64,000 nt of DNA, taken from assembly GCF_009914755.1 (NCBI RefSeq), contig NC_060928.1; one strand, written 5' to 3'. Shown piece by piece: positions 13,401 through 28,034 of the stretch (position 1 is its first letter; each line of letters opens with the position of its first letter). The stretch is from the human T2T-CHM13v2.0 reference genome, Homo sapiens. Under the pieces are notes generated by a model. It was not told where the DNA came from and did no database searches. It was given only the letters and a program-made list of their open reading frames with translations. A program made the translations under genes and the position numbers.

Positions 13401-16400
13401 TCCCACGTACCTTCCTGTTTAGATGGTAAATGGAGGAAGATCTCAGTTCAGGCTTCCTAATGTTTCTTACCCTTCTTAGTACATGGCATGCAGTGGGCAT
13501 CTAGGCAGCACTTAAATACTTAATTTATTGGCTTTGGTCATTTTGAATATTGCTATTAACTTTGAATTGAATGTTGCAATTAAAAATGAAGGCCAATAAG
13601 ATCCATAAAAATATATCTGCATATTCAATTTAGATCCTGAACTCAACAATTTTCTTCTAAACTTTGTTTATATTCATATAGTGCCTAGTGCCTATACAGC
13701 TCCCTGAGATAGGTAGGTGAGGTATTACTATCTTTGACTTTCATATTACATTTCACATCAGACATATTTGTGAAATAAATTTTATAAGTAGTCTGAAGCC
13801 CAGAGAGGCTAAGTGACTAATCCAGGGTCTCTTGGTTAGTATTTGGCATAGACAGAACTACAATTTTGGGCTTCTTTCTCATTCTGGTTCTCATCTAGTA
13901 CCTTTTCATTTGAGTGCTGGAAAATGTATCCCAGTCAACTGAATTGTGGAGTCATATTGCCTCCCCCTTACCAACCAAGTGATGGCAATACTAGGAAGAG
14001 GGGCAAAAGAAAAGTCAGAAATATAAGTGATAAAATAAATGGAAATGTTTGAAATGGATCATCGACCTCCTTTTACCTATTTTAGCACCTCACAAATATC
14101 CCACTCTGACAGTGCTTTGTTAGTTATTTATAAAATATTCCTTAGGAGATTGGTCTTGCATAAGACATGCTTTTACCGTGGTCCTTTTCCCGGTAATAGT
14201 CACTGTCAGGGACAAAAAGTGCCTGATTGTGTTCTGTTTGTCATGTAGGTGGGAGGGAAAGAGGGAGAGAAAGCTGAGTTGAACTGAAGCAGAGCTTTTT
14301 ACAGCTCTATTGTTCTACTGTCAGAGAGCAATTATACTCCAACTTCCATCCACCTCAGACATCCCAACCTCCTCCTCCTGCCAATGCTTCCCCACACACT
14401 TAACATACAGCCACACAACCGAGTTCTCTGGGGAGAATAGGGTGCTTTTAATACCTCCCTCTGCCCTTCAGTGAGTTCAGGGCTCTGCTTTTTAACTGCT
14501 AATGTATTTTAGTAAAGTTTGGCAATTCAAGCTTTTCTAGATGTTTCCTTTTCGGCTCTGGAAAATTGGAAAAAATAATTTTTAACTATATATATTTAAA
14601 ATATTCAGTGGCATTATGATATTGTCTGAAAGGCATTCTGTGACTTGATGCAAGATCAGAAGTTTTTTTTCTTTCTTGGAGAAGTAATAAAAAGAAAAAA
14701 GAGATCGAAGTTTTTATCTCACAAGATACCTCATATTCAGTTCTACATACTGAAGACCTAATCCAAGTTCTTACATGTCTATAGGGCAAATGTTAACATT
14801 TTTAAAAAGCTATATTTATTTGGTAATATGAACATATGTTTGTAGATTAGTTAGTCTACTCTTTCCATACCTAATAAAAGTTTAAATTCCAGACATGTGA
14901 AGAAAATTTGCAGTGTGTCTCTTTGCCTTAGCTAACTGCAAAAATTGAAATCACAACCCTACCATAGACCCAAACGTGTTTCCAATTGAGAAAGTCTTCT
15001 ACCTTCACAGCCTCTAAGTAATATAGTGGTTATTTGTTTGAAGGATGTGAGAGTATTTTGTTGAGAAACTGTAGAATGACATAACAAATTTTAGTTAAAA
15101 TGTTAGTTATGGTTGACTCTGTACTTCTGATATCCTGGATTTGTATATGAGAGCAATGCTAGTAAGATGCCTGCTTCTGAATGCAAGTTTGGCTGGGAAG
15201 ACAGCAGAGAAATAGAAGAAATATTATAAAGTAATGGAGAAACCTCAAAACAGTACAGCATGGATGTTGACTTTGAAAACAACAGCTGCTGACGTGAACT
15301 TGGCAGAAATTTGTGAGTAATAGTGGGTGACTCATTGCAAGCAGGGGAGTCTTGCAGCTTTTGAGGTGAACAGGCAAAGGGGAGAACAGTGATGGTGGCC
15401 ACCCAAGGGCCAAGTGTTTATGTCCTAAATGTCAAAATGTCTTTGATCTCCTGTTAAACTTTGCAGCTGCATCATTCACATGAATAGTTGCATTTTTTTT
15501 TTTCTAAAAATGCAACATATTTTCTAAAGCATTTGTTTTTAATCTGGGATGATTCTGAGGTGGGAGGTAAGTTGGTGGCAGGACATACTACATGATTTTT
15601 GTTATTGTTATTATTTTTAAAAATCACGCATTGCTGGCTTTCCCCTATACTCCTGGAGATGCCATCATGTATGTATAGCTAATTCTAAAAAGGGCTTGTG
15701 TGACTCTTCATATGAGAAGGGGTGGTTATTTGTGGCTTGAAAAAATTGCTTGGGTGATTCTGATCTTTCTCTTTCACTCTGCTGAAAACCATTGTTTCAA
15801 AGCCAATAATAAATATCTAAAGAAGTTTTACTTCATTTCTGTGGTGTTCTCAGAATTGTTACAGTAGGTTTAAACCTTTGCCTGGTTTGGAAATCTTGAC
15901 TATTTGAGGGAGACAGCCCTGTTAGAGTCTTTATTTTCTTCCTGTCTGAGAATTCAGTTATCATCAATAGTGTATTCTTAGGCAGAGTCAGAAAGTCACC
16001 TCATCTGAGAAGCCACCTGTGTCCACAGCTGGGAATTTGCAGAAGTCAGTCACTGAAGGAAGGCTTTAGGATATTTATGATAAAACATAGCAGTACACTG
16101 GGATCCAAACCCTGGGAAACCTCAACTATTTTAGAGTATGTGTTGATAACAATAGGCTATTGGATAATTGCCAGACTACTTGAGGAGTCTAAGAGTTGGA
16201 TAAAGACTTAAAGGTGAAAGGAACTTGGAAAAATATCCTCTTCAGGTATTTTAAGGGAGGCAGTTCTCAGAATGAGAAGCTTTTCTGGAAAAGGTTAGCA
16301 CTTTGCTTCAGAAGAGAAGTAGGGCAAAGGTGTAATTCTTCATTTAATGTAGTACAACCTAAAGGGTAAACCTTAACCTCTCACTTACACACATACCCGC

Positions 16401-17887
16401 ACACTTACATTCTTTTGATCAGATTTGTATTTTAGAAGGCTTCATTTGTCGCCAAATGTGGGTGATACTTGAGGGACCCCTTGGAGGAGAAGGCTAATTA
16501 GATATTACTGTAACCTTGCTGAGAAATGACTGAAACTAAGATGGTAGAAGTGAGATTGGAGAAAAGAGAACCACAGAAATGTGGCAACACACTAGGTGGC
16601 TGTCAGAGATTTGATTAGCAAACAAGACAGTAGATGTCAGCTGTGTTAGATGGGTGTGTATCTCCCAAGAGCATCGGGGCACAGAATTCCCTTTTCAACT
16701 AGCTTATCTATATGGGATATCAACTATTGAAATACAGATAAAGTCCCCTAATGGCATCCTGTCCATCAGAGATTGAAATTTGCTTCAGTAAATGTGTCTA
16801 TCCTTTTCAATAGGAATTTGCCTCTTAAGTCATCTCACATTTGTTTAAGTAGGATCACTCTCTTTAGTAACTTAAATTGACTTTTTAATATCTACGTTTA
16901 TTCATTCATCCATCCTTTTCTACCCATAAGTCGAACAGGCACAATTTATGGAGTTTAAATGAAATAAAAATTGTTTTTCATCTTTATCTTTCACTAGGAG
17001 AAGTTTTATTCCTGGGCCTGCATTAAAAACCTAGGCAGCCCTATGATTTTTCTGGTCATTCAAGTAATAAATGTTTTATCAGAGCCTCTGAGTTGCACAA
17101 CTCCAGGGGGCAACATTTGCATTGTAATCTTTATAAATGGAGTCTCCTGGAGCCCAGCTTCAATAGATTGTAATGGGATGGTGCCCCTATAGTTTTGCAA
17201 CATAGTCCTTGTGGCCTAAGTTCACTTTAATATAAAAAAATCAGTCTTAATTCAGTATTTACTATATTTGTCTAATATATTCAAAATTAAGAGTTCTCCT
17301 CCCCAGCCCACTACCTAGCTGTAGGCAGGCCCCAAGACCTGGCTGTAGGCAGGCCAGCAGTCTTCAAGGAAGAATATGCCATAAACCTTCATGCTTAACC
17401 CCTCTAGGATTGGAGGGTAGGGTAAAGAGCAGAGAGTTAGGGGCCCTGCAACCACCCAGGCTCTCAGTCTAACTCTCCAAGTGTGGCAGTGCCTCAGTTT
17501 CAGTTGGCCACTCTCTGTGCCCTTCAATTTCTGTCTTGCAAGAGTATATCCCAAAGCCATTTATTTCTAGGTTGCCTCAGCCCTCACAGACTACACTCTT
17601 GGACAGAAAACCTCTTTAAATAACCCTAGGCTGATATTTCTACCTCTTGTTCTTCATCTAGTCCCTAGAATTCACATACTTTTGACCCACTATTAAAACA
17701 GCATACACTACCTTCCTGGTCTCCTACCTCTATCCTGCTGTCGTAGGCTGCTTTATCAGGCTCTGATAAGGGTCAGGCATTACCTTGTATGCCCCCAGTC
17801 AGGGCTGTGACTAGAGTGGAATTAGTAATACATGTCTTTTGAGTGCAAAATTTAAGAAAGTACCAGAAAACTCAGTAATTAAGATGA

Positions 17888-18199
<312 letters not shown>

Positions 18200-18563
18200 A
18201 AGATAAACATACCTTAAGAAAATTTTTAAAAATAATTATTAATATAAAAAACCATGATGAACAAGATACCAAAAATTTAAATACAAGATTGTGCAGGAAA
18301 TACTTATGGAGTTCAGTGACTATCTTGAAATGTAGTACATACAACCATCATCACTGTTCCTTCACAGTACATTTATTTTTCCACTGAAATAATCCTCACA
18401 AAATTCTCTCAATTACCATAATCTTACATATCTATGTTGTGGGTATTAGAACTTAATATCAGTCACCATCCTTGAAATTTAGGCTCTCTGGTCCAACGTT
18501 TCACTTTGAAATGTATTTTGTATATTGTTGTATCAGTCAAAATTTCCAATTTAAATTATAGTT

Positions 18564-18595
18564 ATCCATCCATCCATCCATCCATCCATCCATCT
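18564..18595. repeat. (CATC)n microsatellite
   Basis: atccatccatccatccatccatccatccatc seen directly. Confidence 0.9.
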
Positions 18596-20079
18596 GTCCA
18601 TTTATTTATTGGGTTTGTGTATGAAGGAGAAAAAATAGAATCTTCAAATGCTAATGATTAATCCATTTTAACGACTATAAAATGGAAATGTGTACAGTTA
18701 CAAAGGCATACTAAGTTGGTCTGCCTCATCAAATAGGCCTGGGCAAAAATTGGTAGGTAAAATTAAAGGGAATCACAGTGCATTTTACTCTCATGATCTC
18801 TGTTAGAAATGTCCCACTAAACATGTTACGTTACCAACTCTTCTATTATGCCCTCATCTCTACCTCTATAGATTTAGCCTTTGTGAGCTATTCTGAAACA
18901 GCTTATTCCACAGCTTCTGGTCAATTTTTAGACAATGTAAATAGAGATCCACCTTCAGATATAGACTGGTGAGTCTGGTCTTGTTCAGAGAACAATTAAG
19001 GACCTTCAAGCTAGTGAATTGTCAATTCCTTTGTAAAAAGTGTTTTATTAACCTTCAGCTACCTTGGAGGTAGTTGTTGACAGAGCATTATATTAAAACT
19101 TGTATTAAAGAATACAGATATGCATTGTATTAGAGGCTTTAGGACTTTTTTCAAAACGAACCTTGAAAAACTTCTTCAATTTTTTTTTTTTAAAAGCTGT
19201 TCTATTAAAGGGATAATATAGTGAATAAATATTTGTTGTCTGTTTAACTTACCTTATGTAGAGCTATTGGCTCTAAGGATTTTGAAAGGACAACAATAAT
19301 TCTCTAAAAATAATTCAGGCACCTTTGGCCATTTGTGTAACCAGGTACAAATTACCACGTTTCCCAGTTTCCCCCTTGAGTCCAACTGTAATGTATTGTT
19401 CTGTAAAGTATAGTCCAGTTGTCAGCTCTGTTTGCCTTGGTCAATTGAATGATCCTCCTCCTTAAGCTTAGCCTATAGTGCATTTGGCTTAATAAATGAA
19501 ACTGTAACATGCCAGCCACACAATAGAGGATTTTATAGAACTGTTTCTGCTTGGAATACTATAATTGGAATTTGAGTTAACTATAATTAAAAAAGCTTTC
19601 ATAGCCCATGGTATATGAACTCTGAAACCCCAAATACCAAAATCCTACTATATAAAAATGATCCACATACTAAAAAAAAAAAAAAAAAACCAGACACACA
19701 AATCGAGTTTAATTTCGTATCATGCTATTTTCCTAAAATATAGTTTCTAAAGTTATTGCAAATTAGTTCCTGCTGCTTGGTAAAATACCATATTTAAACT
19801 TAATTACAACTGCCTTCCTGCAATGAAGGGCCAACTTTTTCAAATAATGTGTTACAGCCCAGTGACTCTAGGGAGTCTATGGTCCCATTGCTGCAAATGA
19901 GCAGATCGGTGAAAACAAAAACATATTAAGAAGTCCACATTTCTAACAAACACCTTGCAAAGAATAAAATGGTAATTTAAGGAATATGTCCACTTAATAT
20001 ACATTTCATGTATATAGGACACATAATACAATAAATACCCTTTTTACTACCCCCAATTTAAGAAGTAGACTAGTATAAT

Positions 20080-21745
20080 AGAAGGCATATCTCCTTGGTA
20101 CTCAGTATTTCTAAAAGGCAGTAATGGCTGTCTCCTCTAAGCACCTGAGATGATATGCCTCTGTGCACTCTAGCCTTAGAAATATGCTTATCTCCTGCAG
20201 GCAGAGCATGCTGGAAGTGCCAGGGAGTTAAGGTTACCAGGAACAGCCCTCAACTAATAATGAGGAAAAGCTTGTGGATAAATATCCAAGCCCCCTGCCT
20301 TCAGGTAGGAACACTGATATTTTATTAGATTGGTGCAAAAATAATTGCGGTTATATAGTCTCAAAGAGGAAACAGTCTCCACGTGAAATCGAGCCCCAGT
20401 TGTCCACAGTAATAACCCGCTTATTAACTTAGCCTATATGGATTTACTTTCTTCTCATCTGTCTTCTCTGCTTTCGCAGGGAAATAAGTAGTTCACTAGT
20501 GTTTCCTGTGATAACCTCCTGAATAAACTACTTATGCTCAAATCCTTATGTTGGGGTTTTCTTCTGGAGGAATTGCCAAACTGTTGAAGTTCCCTGTGTT
20601 CATCCCCAATCTCAGCTCTGTCCGTCTCCCCACCAAGAGTTACTGTTTTGATTTTTTGTGTTTCTTGTTCCTTTCCTGTTTGTAATAATTATACTAATAT
20701 ATTAAAAATATTAGTAACTACACTGGTTTGCTATAATAAGGTATATCTTCCCCCAGAATATAAAGTCCTTGGAGACTTTCCCTAAAGAGTCTAGACCTTG
20801 ACCATTATGCGCTTCCCAAGCTGTGGCTGCTGCATTTCACATTTTCTTTCAAAATTGGGCAAGGAATTACTAAAAGATGCTCCAGTAGATCATCTGGGTA
20901 CCAAACATATTTCTTTCTGTACCCAGTGTAGAATAGCAACCCTACTTTTTTATGATGCTCTGGGTCAGTTACTCTTGCCAGGATAGTGACTTCTTTCCTT
21001 GGTCTCTCAGCACACAGACCCCAAAGTGACTGTGTAGCAGCCACAGCTTAAGTTTAATGGAATTTCTGCTGTGTCTGCTGAAGGAAGCATTTCCTTTAAA
21101 AAATAGGATTTCTAACTCACAGAGCCCAGAGTTGAGGGAGCGAGAAGTGATGGCAAAAGGACAATTTCTGCTGTTACCCTTTAGTTTCCAGATCCATGTA
21201 TTTGGTCTGTTGAAGACAGACTACCATATAATGATTAGTAATAGGTGTATACTTCATCTTGGAGGATGCAGCCCTACCCTTGAAGTATATCAGCTCCAAT
21301 CTTGTTCTTCAGCTGTCCCTTCAAAAGGCCAGCTTCTGGGCTATGTGGCAGGTTATAAATCCAGTGGATCTTATGATCATGTACCCAGGGGTGTACTGCT
21401 TTTGCTCTGAGTTCTTTGGTCTGATGTGATGTCACACAGGATTCCATAACAATGGATCAAACACTCTGTAGCCCCCAGATGCTGAGGCTTTGCCAGCAGG
21501 AAAGGCAAAACCATACCCTCAAAATGTGTCTGTTCCAGTCAAGCTTAATTGCAACCCCTTCTAGGGTAGGACAGGCTGAAAATAATCAACAGGCCAGAGA
21601 TCTCCTCCAGGGATGATGTTATTAGGAGCTCATCGTTGGTCTCATTTGGACATTTGACAGAGGCAGCACTGTATCAGCTTGGAGTGGGAATCCACGGACC
21701 CATGCATAGCCTTCATCCCTCTATCATGACTGTTTATTCGTGTGA
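20080..21745. mobile_element. ERVL relics: LTR16-like LTR (~20080-20585) and ERVL internal fragment (~20780-21745)
   Basis: LTR16-type end aataaactacttatgctcaaatccttatgttggggttttcttctgg. Degenerate ERVL pol-type sequence follows. Identified by eye. Confidence 0.5.
20324..20351 (+). mobile_element. MADE1/Hsmar1 terminal-inverted-repeat fragment
   Basis: ttagattggtgcaaaaataattgcggtt resembles the mariner TIR ttaggttggtgcaaaagtaattgcggtt. Confidence 0.75.
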
Positions 21746-21874
21746 CTTAGTTTTGTCCCAGACTGAAACTCTAACAGTCTAGATAAGAACCTGTCTTTCA
21801 TAATATGAGTTGGATCCCTATTCCATACTACCCCTAGGCCTGCCTTGATGCATGTCTGGACTGATAAATTATTT

Positions 21875-22166
21875 TCTTTATTAATTTATTTATTGAGACA
21901 GGTTCTCACTCTGTCACCCAGGCTGAGTGCAGTGATCATGGCTCACTGCAATCTCTGCCTTCTAGGCTGAGGCAATACTCCACCTCAGTCCCAAGTAGCT
22001 GGAACTATAGGCACGTGCCACCATGCCAGCCTAATTTTTTATTTTTTGTAAAGACAGGGTCTTGTTCTGTTGCCCAGGCTGGTCTCAAACTCCTGGGCTC
22101 AAACAGTCCTCCCACTTCGGCCTCCCAAAGTGCTGAGATTACAAATGTGAGCCATCAGGCCTGGCC
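21875..22166 (-). mobile_element. AluJ
   Basis: (TTTA)n tail, GAGACAGGTTCTCACTCTG...GAGCCATCAGGCCTGGCC. Confidence 0.9.
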
Positions 22167-24689
22167 TTATTTCTTTAAATTTAATCTGCCTACAATTTTA
22201 AAAAATTATGCATTCTTGACAAAATTGTATTTAGGCATTTTTTTAAACAAATATTTATTTCTCCTTCATTAGCAAGATAAACACTGTTAATTTATAGCTT
22301 TTCCTATAAATTTCATTTCTCCTATTCTTTGGAATAATCCCACAATCATTAAGCCTTGTTTCTGACATGGAGAGATGAGGGCAGATTTTTTTTTTCCTTT
22401 TTTAGATTTGTTGTGTTAATTAAATCTTATGGTGCTATAACATGCAGTGGTTAAAAGGGTTGGAGAAATCACCTTGTTCAAATTATAGTAGAAAATTTAT
22501 AGCTAATTGAATGACCTGAGGCCGGTTACTTGACCTCTTTGGCCTCCAGTTTTATCATATCTAAAGGACAATAATGTATATCTCAGAGGGTTTTTGCAGA
22601 GATTGAAAATGTATGAAATGCCTAACACAGTAGCATATACCTGGTTTGGTTATTTCTGGTTACAAAACCAAGCCTCACAGTGTGTAACCAAATGGGAATT
22701 CCATTTCTATTAGAGCATACTTTCATTTTGAGAGCCTTGATAGGCCAGGGGAGACAGGAAAGTCAAAGTTTTGAAATTTTCTTTCACCAGTGACTCCCAT
22801 AGACTTGATTATGGTCAGAGTGTCATACAAATCTAGGCTATACACAGACATGTTTCCAAGCTAAAGTGATAAGATGTCTAAAAGAAATATTTCTTAGTCT
22901 GTGTTGAATTAATGCTGCAGAAGGTCATGGGTGAGTGAATTACTTTCAGAAGGGAGGAAGCAATAGCAATAGTGAGCAAACTGTGTATGAGGAGACCCTA
23001 TGAAGCAAGGGCATTCTGTATTGAATATTGCAACTCAAGGACCAATTCAAGGTTCCTTCTTGGGAACTTTTATAGAGAGACACAGACCATAAAAGAAGGG
23101 TACAGAAATTAAGATGTTGAGAGAAACAATACTACCATGCCAGTTTACATGCAAAGAGCTACTTCTGTCTTTTGGTTCAGATGGGAACTATGGGAATGAA
23201 AGCTGCTAGTGTTTTGTGGAATCTTTTCCAGAATATTTTTATTGTTTTTCTCCTATGCTGATTATGAAATCAATATAGGCTTATCTCAGAAAAATCAGAA
23301 TATGTAGAAAAGCAAAAACAACTCCAACAAAATCACAAAAAATTTTCTCCATTCAGAGATAGCCATTATTAGCAACTTGTCTATCCAATCATATCCTTTT
23401 TTTAATTAAAAAAGTTCTATATAATAGGATTTTGTAATCTGTTTTTTTCACTAAATACTGTCATCTCAGTAGAGCTTATTTTTACATGATTTTGAAATAT
23501 GCCTGCATGGTATTCTTCTATAGGAATGTATTGTAATTTATTTAATTAGTCCTCTAAGGGATGGGCATTTATATCATTTGAAACTTCCATTATTATAACT
23601 TTGTACAGGTTTTTTTTAATCCACATCTTTAATTATTTACTGATGAGAAACTCTTAGAGTTGATTTGTTGGAGAAATAGCCATGGTACAGTCAGCTCTCT
23701 CACAGATGAGGGTGAGTGTTCCTACCTCTAGGATGTGTCAGAACACCCTGGCTGCCTACAAGTGCTCTCCTCCTATTTCATTTCAGATTGTTTGCTCTGC
23801 CCTGGCATGCAATACCCTGGGTTAATGTTGCCTAGGAACTCTGCTCTGTAGGACTGGATTCTATCACCAAATTGTTTTGCAAATAGCTTATAAAAAGAAA
23901 GATAAAATTGTAGTTGACAAATACAAAGTGAGGTATTCTGTAATGGTTAAATAAACCCCCAATGGGGAATAATAGATACATATTCTAGGAAGAAAGGAGT
24001 TTGTTTCCACAAGGGATTAGTTTGGCTCACTTGAAAATGATTAAACAAACTTCACAGAAAATCATTCTCCTGATTTAGACCATCACAAATGAATGATTAA
24101 CTGGCTGAACTATCACTGAGGTTATATATCAAGCTTGTATATATATCAACTCTGTTATGTATCAAGCTTGTTCAGGGCAAAGGAAAGAGCACTTAGAGGA
24201 TTATACTGAAGCAAGCAGATTGCTCTCTGATTACCTCTGTAAAATCAGATTACCTCTGATTATACTGAAGCAAGCAGCAAGTGCTCTCTGATTACCTCTG
24301 TAAAAGGGTTCACCTTAGTCTTTTTTTCCCTCATGTAAGAGATAATGGAAGAACACTGATGCTGGACTTCTGTTTAACTGGGATGTATGGTGATAGTATA
24401 GAGAAAGGAGATTTCAATGGAAAAAGAGGAATAGACAACATAAAAAAGGGTAATTCATGAGAAAATTCCTGACTCAGCTGTCTTTGTTAGATGATAGAAG
24501 TGCATAACAGTTCTCTCTTAATACAGCATAATTAGTATGTATGGTTTGCACGCTAAGAAAGATGGCACAGGTGATGTCTACACTGTAATCTCCATTGATA
24601 TCTGGGTAGCAACCCACAGCAAAAGACTTAAAGTGACTTTTCTCTCAGAGATGGCCAATTAGCATATGGGCCCTTTCTACTGTGAACAC

Positions 24690-24910
24690 ACAGTAGTTAG
24701 GAGAGTATGGACTTTGGAGCCACACCCAAGTTCGTATTCCAGCTATGCCTCTTACAAACTGTGTGATTTGGAGTAGTAACTAACCATCTCTGCCTTGTTT
24801 TCCTTTCTAAAAAATGGGTGTAAAATCACCTACCTAATGCAGTTATCATGAAGATCAAATGAGTTAATGTATGGAAAGGGGTGGCACATAGTTACTCCTC
24901 AGTAATGTTG
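24690..24910 (+). mobile_element. MIR
   Basis: gactttggagcc...ccagctatgcctcttac...tgtgtgatttgg...aaaatggg...atcaaatgagttaatgtatg matches the MIR core. Confidence 0.7.
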
Positions 24911-26154
24911 GCCTCATTCCCTCTCCCTGCTTTCTGTAATGCAGAGAATTATCTTCTGGTAACTTCATTGAAAAGGCCTCTTTAGGCATGAAATCACCTG
25001 CCAGCTGTGCTGAGGACAGGCTTCACAGAGCTCCTGGAGGCTAATTAAGGTGCAGAGTTCAGAGCAGAAAGATGCTTCACTATACCTGTGGCAGGATGGC
25101 CACCAGGGCCTGTTCCCTGGCCAGAGTAAGCACTCTTTCCCTAGGGATTTGGAACAGCCCCATTCTCACCTGGTGTTTACCCCAGGTTTTGAAGAGATTC
25201 CAAACTAGAGCAGCAAGCAAAGTCTAGAGCTGACTGGGGAACCAGCCCTACCCTGGATATTGGCCTCTGATGAAAGCACCACTAAACCTCACCTTCTCTC
25301 CTAAATCTCTTCAGAAATGCTTACTCTCTGTGATAGACATGGAACAGATTGTTTTGCCTCAGGGATTTATTGATTGATTTTGCCAAAGTCTTTCCCAAGG
25401 CTCCTTTCAAAACTGGACTGATCCCTTGGTTCTGGGAATGAGTGGTGAACATCAGACCTCTGGAATGGTGGCTGGTCAATGTCTTTGCCCTCTCAAGTTG
25501 CTCTTGAATGTTGATTCAACTCATTAGGACATACTTGGATGATGAATTAGAAGGAGCATCTTTGCCCTCTACTTACAGATCCTAGGAACAATTTGTGGAA
25601 TTATCAGTAAGCAATATCTGTAACAGATAAAATGTCTGCTTTCCCTTTGCCCCTCTTAGCCTATGACATGCCACATCCAATTTGTCTTCGTTCCAACTGT
25701 GAGAGGTCTTAATTTCATCATTCTGGCCTTTTGCAGTTAAATGTTCTCCAAGGATATGATCTATGGGGAGAGGACTGATAGTGGAACTAATCTTTCAAAG
25801 TTCTGCTTAAGCAATTGTAGATAACATAGGAGAAGAAACTCTGGAAACAATTATGATTATCCTAGTTCTGCCCCTGTGGAAATTCAATCCGAAACCCTTC
25901 ATGTTTTTGCTTCTCTCTTCTCTACATGGATGGAATATGTTATACTTTTTTGAGCTGAAAAATCTAAATAATTAGAAAAAGACAAAGTTGTAATGAGTTT
26001 TCTGTTTAAACTTATAGGACCCTTTCTAATAAAAGTGTTATTGTAATCATTGAATCGTTAGTTAACTGCTTTGTATGGTTATGTCTTGTCTCTCTTTAAT
26101 CCAGGGACTGCAAGCAACTAGGCAAAAAACTAACAAAAAAACCAATGTTTTATA

Positions 26155-26292
26155 AGAGTGGTTCTCAAACTTTAAAGTGCTGATTAAAGCACAGATTGCC
26201 CAGGCCTCACCCTCAGTAGATGGGTATGGGGCCCAAGAACTTTCAACAGGAGATGCTGCTGCTGCAGCTTGTCTAAGAACTACACTTGGAAA
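26155..26292 (+). mobile_element. MER5-like MITE
   Basis: agtggttctcaaacttt...gatgctgctgctgc...acactt. Confidence 0.6.
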
Positions 26293-26909
26293 ATTACTAA
26301 TTTGTGTAATAAATACCTGACCATTTGGAATCCTTAGAGGATGGAAATATTTTGTAATGCTGTGTGCAAGATTTGATATAGAAAAACTTGGGTTCAAGTG
26401 GCAATTCAGCAGATTACAAGAGGTGAAACAACTGAGTTTCTGAGACTCAGTTTTATTATCTGAAAGTCAGGAATGAAAATAATGCCTATGTGGCAGAACT
26501 GCTATAAAGATCAGACAAGGTCGTGTATGGGAAAGGCCTTGGTAAATGGAAAAGCACAATCTAAGTGTAACTTATTCTAGATGTGTTTTCAATAGGCAAG
26601 TTTTATATACCTAAGACTAAAAGCTTGCATTTTAATCCCTGGGATTGAAATCTTTCACCATCATCACCATGATGGTAATAACAACAATAACAATACTAGT
26701 GCACTATTTATTGTATTTTCTGCAATGGGCACTTAATATGTTTTGATTATATATTTCAAAAACCTCATAAAATCTATTTTATCATGTATATTATTTGCTT
26801 ACCTAAGAGTGTACTGGACAGAATTTAAATTTTTCTTGAGGGCTTAGGGCAGTGCAGTTCTTAGGGTGTGTGATGTCTCTGTCTATATAGATGATTTGAT
26901 TTAAAAATG

Positions 26910-27450
26910 TGTTATATGTGATACATTTATAACGGAATATTTTTTGCTAAAAAGAAATGAGCTACCAAGCTATAAAAAGATATAGAGGAACCTTGGATGC
27001 ATTTTTCTAAGTTAAAGAAGCCAATCTGAAAAGGCTATAAAACTGTATGATTTCCACCATATGACACTCTGGAAAAGGCAAAACTATGGAGATATTAAAA
27101 AGATCAGTGGTTGTCAGGGGTTAAAGGGGAGGAAGGGATAAATAGGCAGAGCACAGATGTTTAGGGCAGTGAATTATTCTGTATGATTCATATTGGTGGA
27201 TCCATGGTCATTATACATTTGTCAAAACTCATAGAGTGTGCAACATCAAGAGTGAACTCTAATGTAAACTATGGACTATGGGTGATAATGATGTGTCAAC
27301 ATAGGTACATTAATTATAACAAATATACCACTCTGGTGCCCAGTGTTAATACTGGGGGAACTGATGTGTGTAGAGGACAATGGTATATGGGAACTTTCTG
27401 TAATTTTGGGAACTGAAAACTGCTCTTAAAAGAATAAAGTGTATTAAAAA
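26910..27450 (+). mobile_element. L1MC-like 3' end
   Basis: gaagccaatctgaaaaggcta...ctggaaaaggcaaaactatggag...aatgtaaactatggact...aataaagt. Confidence 0.8.
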
Positions 27451-27506
27451 GGATCACACCAAAAAATGAATTGCAAAATTCATGACCTCATGTGAAAGAT
27501 AGTGAC

Positions 27507-28008
27507 TGTGGTAGATAGAATAATGGCCCCTAAAGATGACCACATCCTAGTCCTTGGAACCTGTGAATCTGCTACTTTACTTGGTAAAAGGGGCTCTACA
27601 GATATGATTAAGTTAAGGATTTTGAGATGGGAAGGTCATCCTGGATTATCTGAGTGGGTGCAGTGTAATCACAAGGGTCCTTTAAAGATGGAGGCAGACT
27701 GTCAGAGGAATTGGCACAAAAGCAGAGGTCACACACACACACGGGGGGATAGAGAGAGAGAGAGAGAGAGAGGAAGATGTTACACTGCTGGCTTTAAAGA
27801 TGGAGGAAGTGGCTATTAAGTCAAGCAAGGCATGCAACCTCAAAAGCTCCAAAAAACAAGGAAATGACCTTCAGAAGGAATTCAACCTTATATTCCTTGC
27901 TGACCCATTTTAGACTTTTGACTATCTGAACTTTAAGTTAATAAAGTGCTGTTGTTTTAAGCCAATAAATTGGTGGTTATTTGTTACATCAGCAATAGGA
28001 AACTGGTA
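27507..28008 (+). mobile_element. MLT1 (MaLR) solo LTR with internal (CA)n/(GA)n
   Basis: tgtggtagatagaataatggcccctaaagatg...ttgttacatcagcaataggaaact. Confidence 0.82.
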
Positions 28009-28034
28009 TAATGATTTTTCAATGAAAATTTAGA

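Noticed and set aside
24198-24305. CRISPR-like repeat-spacer array
   Set aside because: Only two units, the spacer derives from the repeat itself, the context is eukaryotic, and there are no cas genes.
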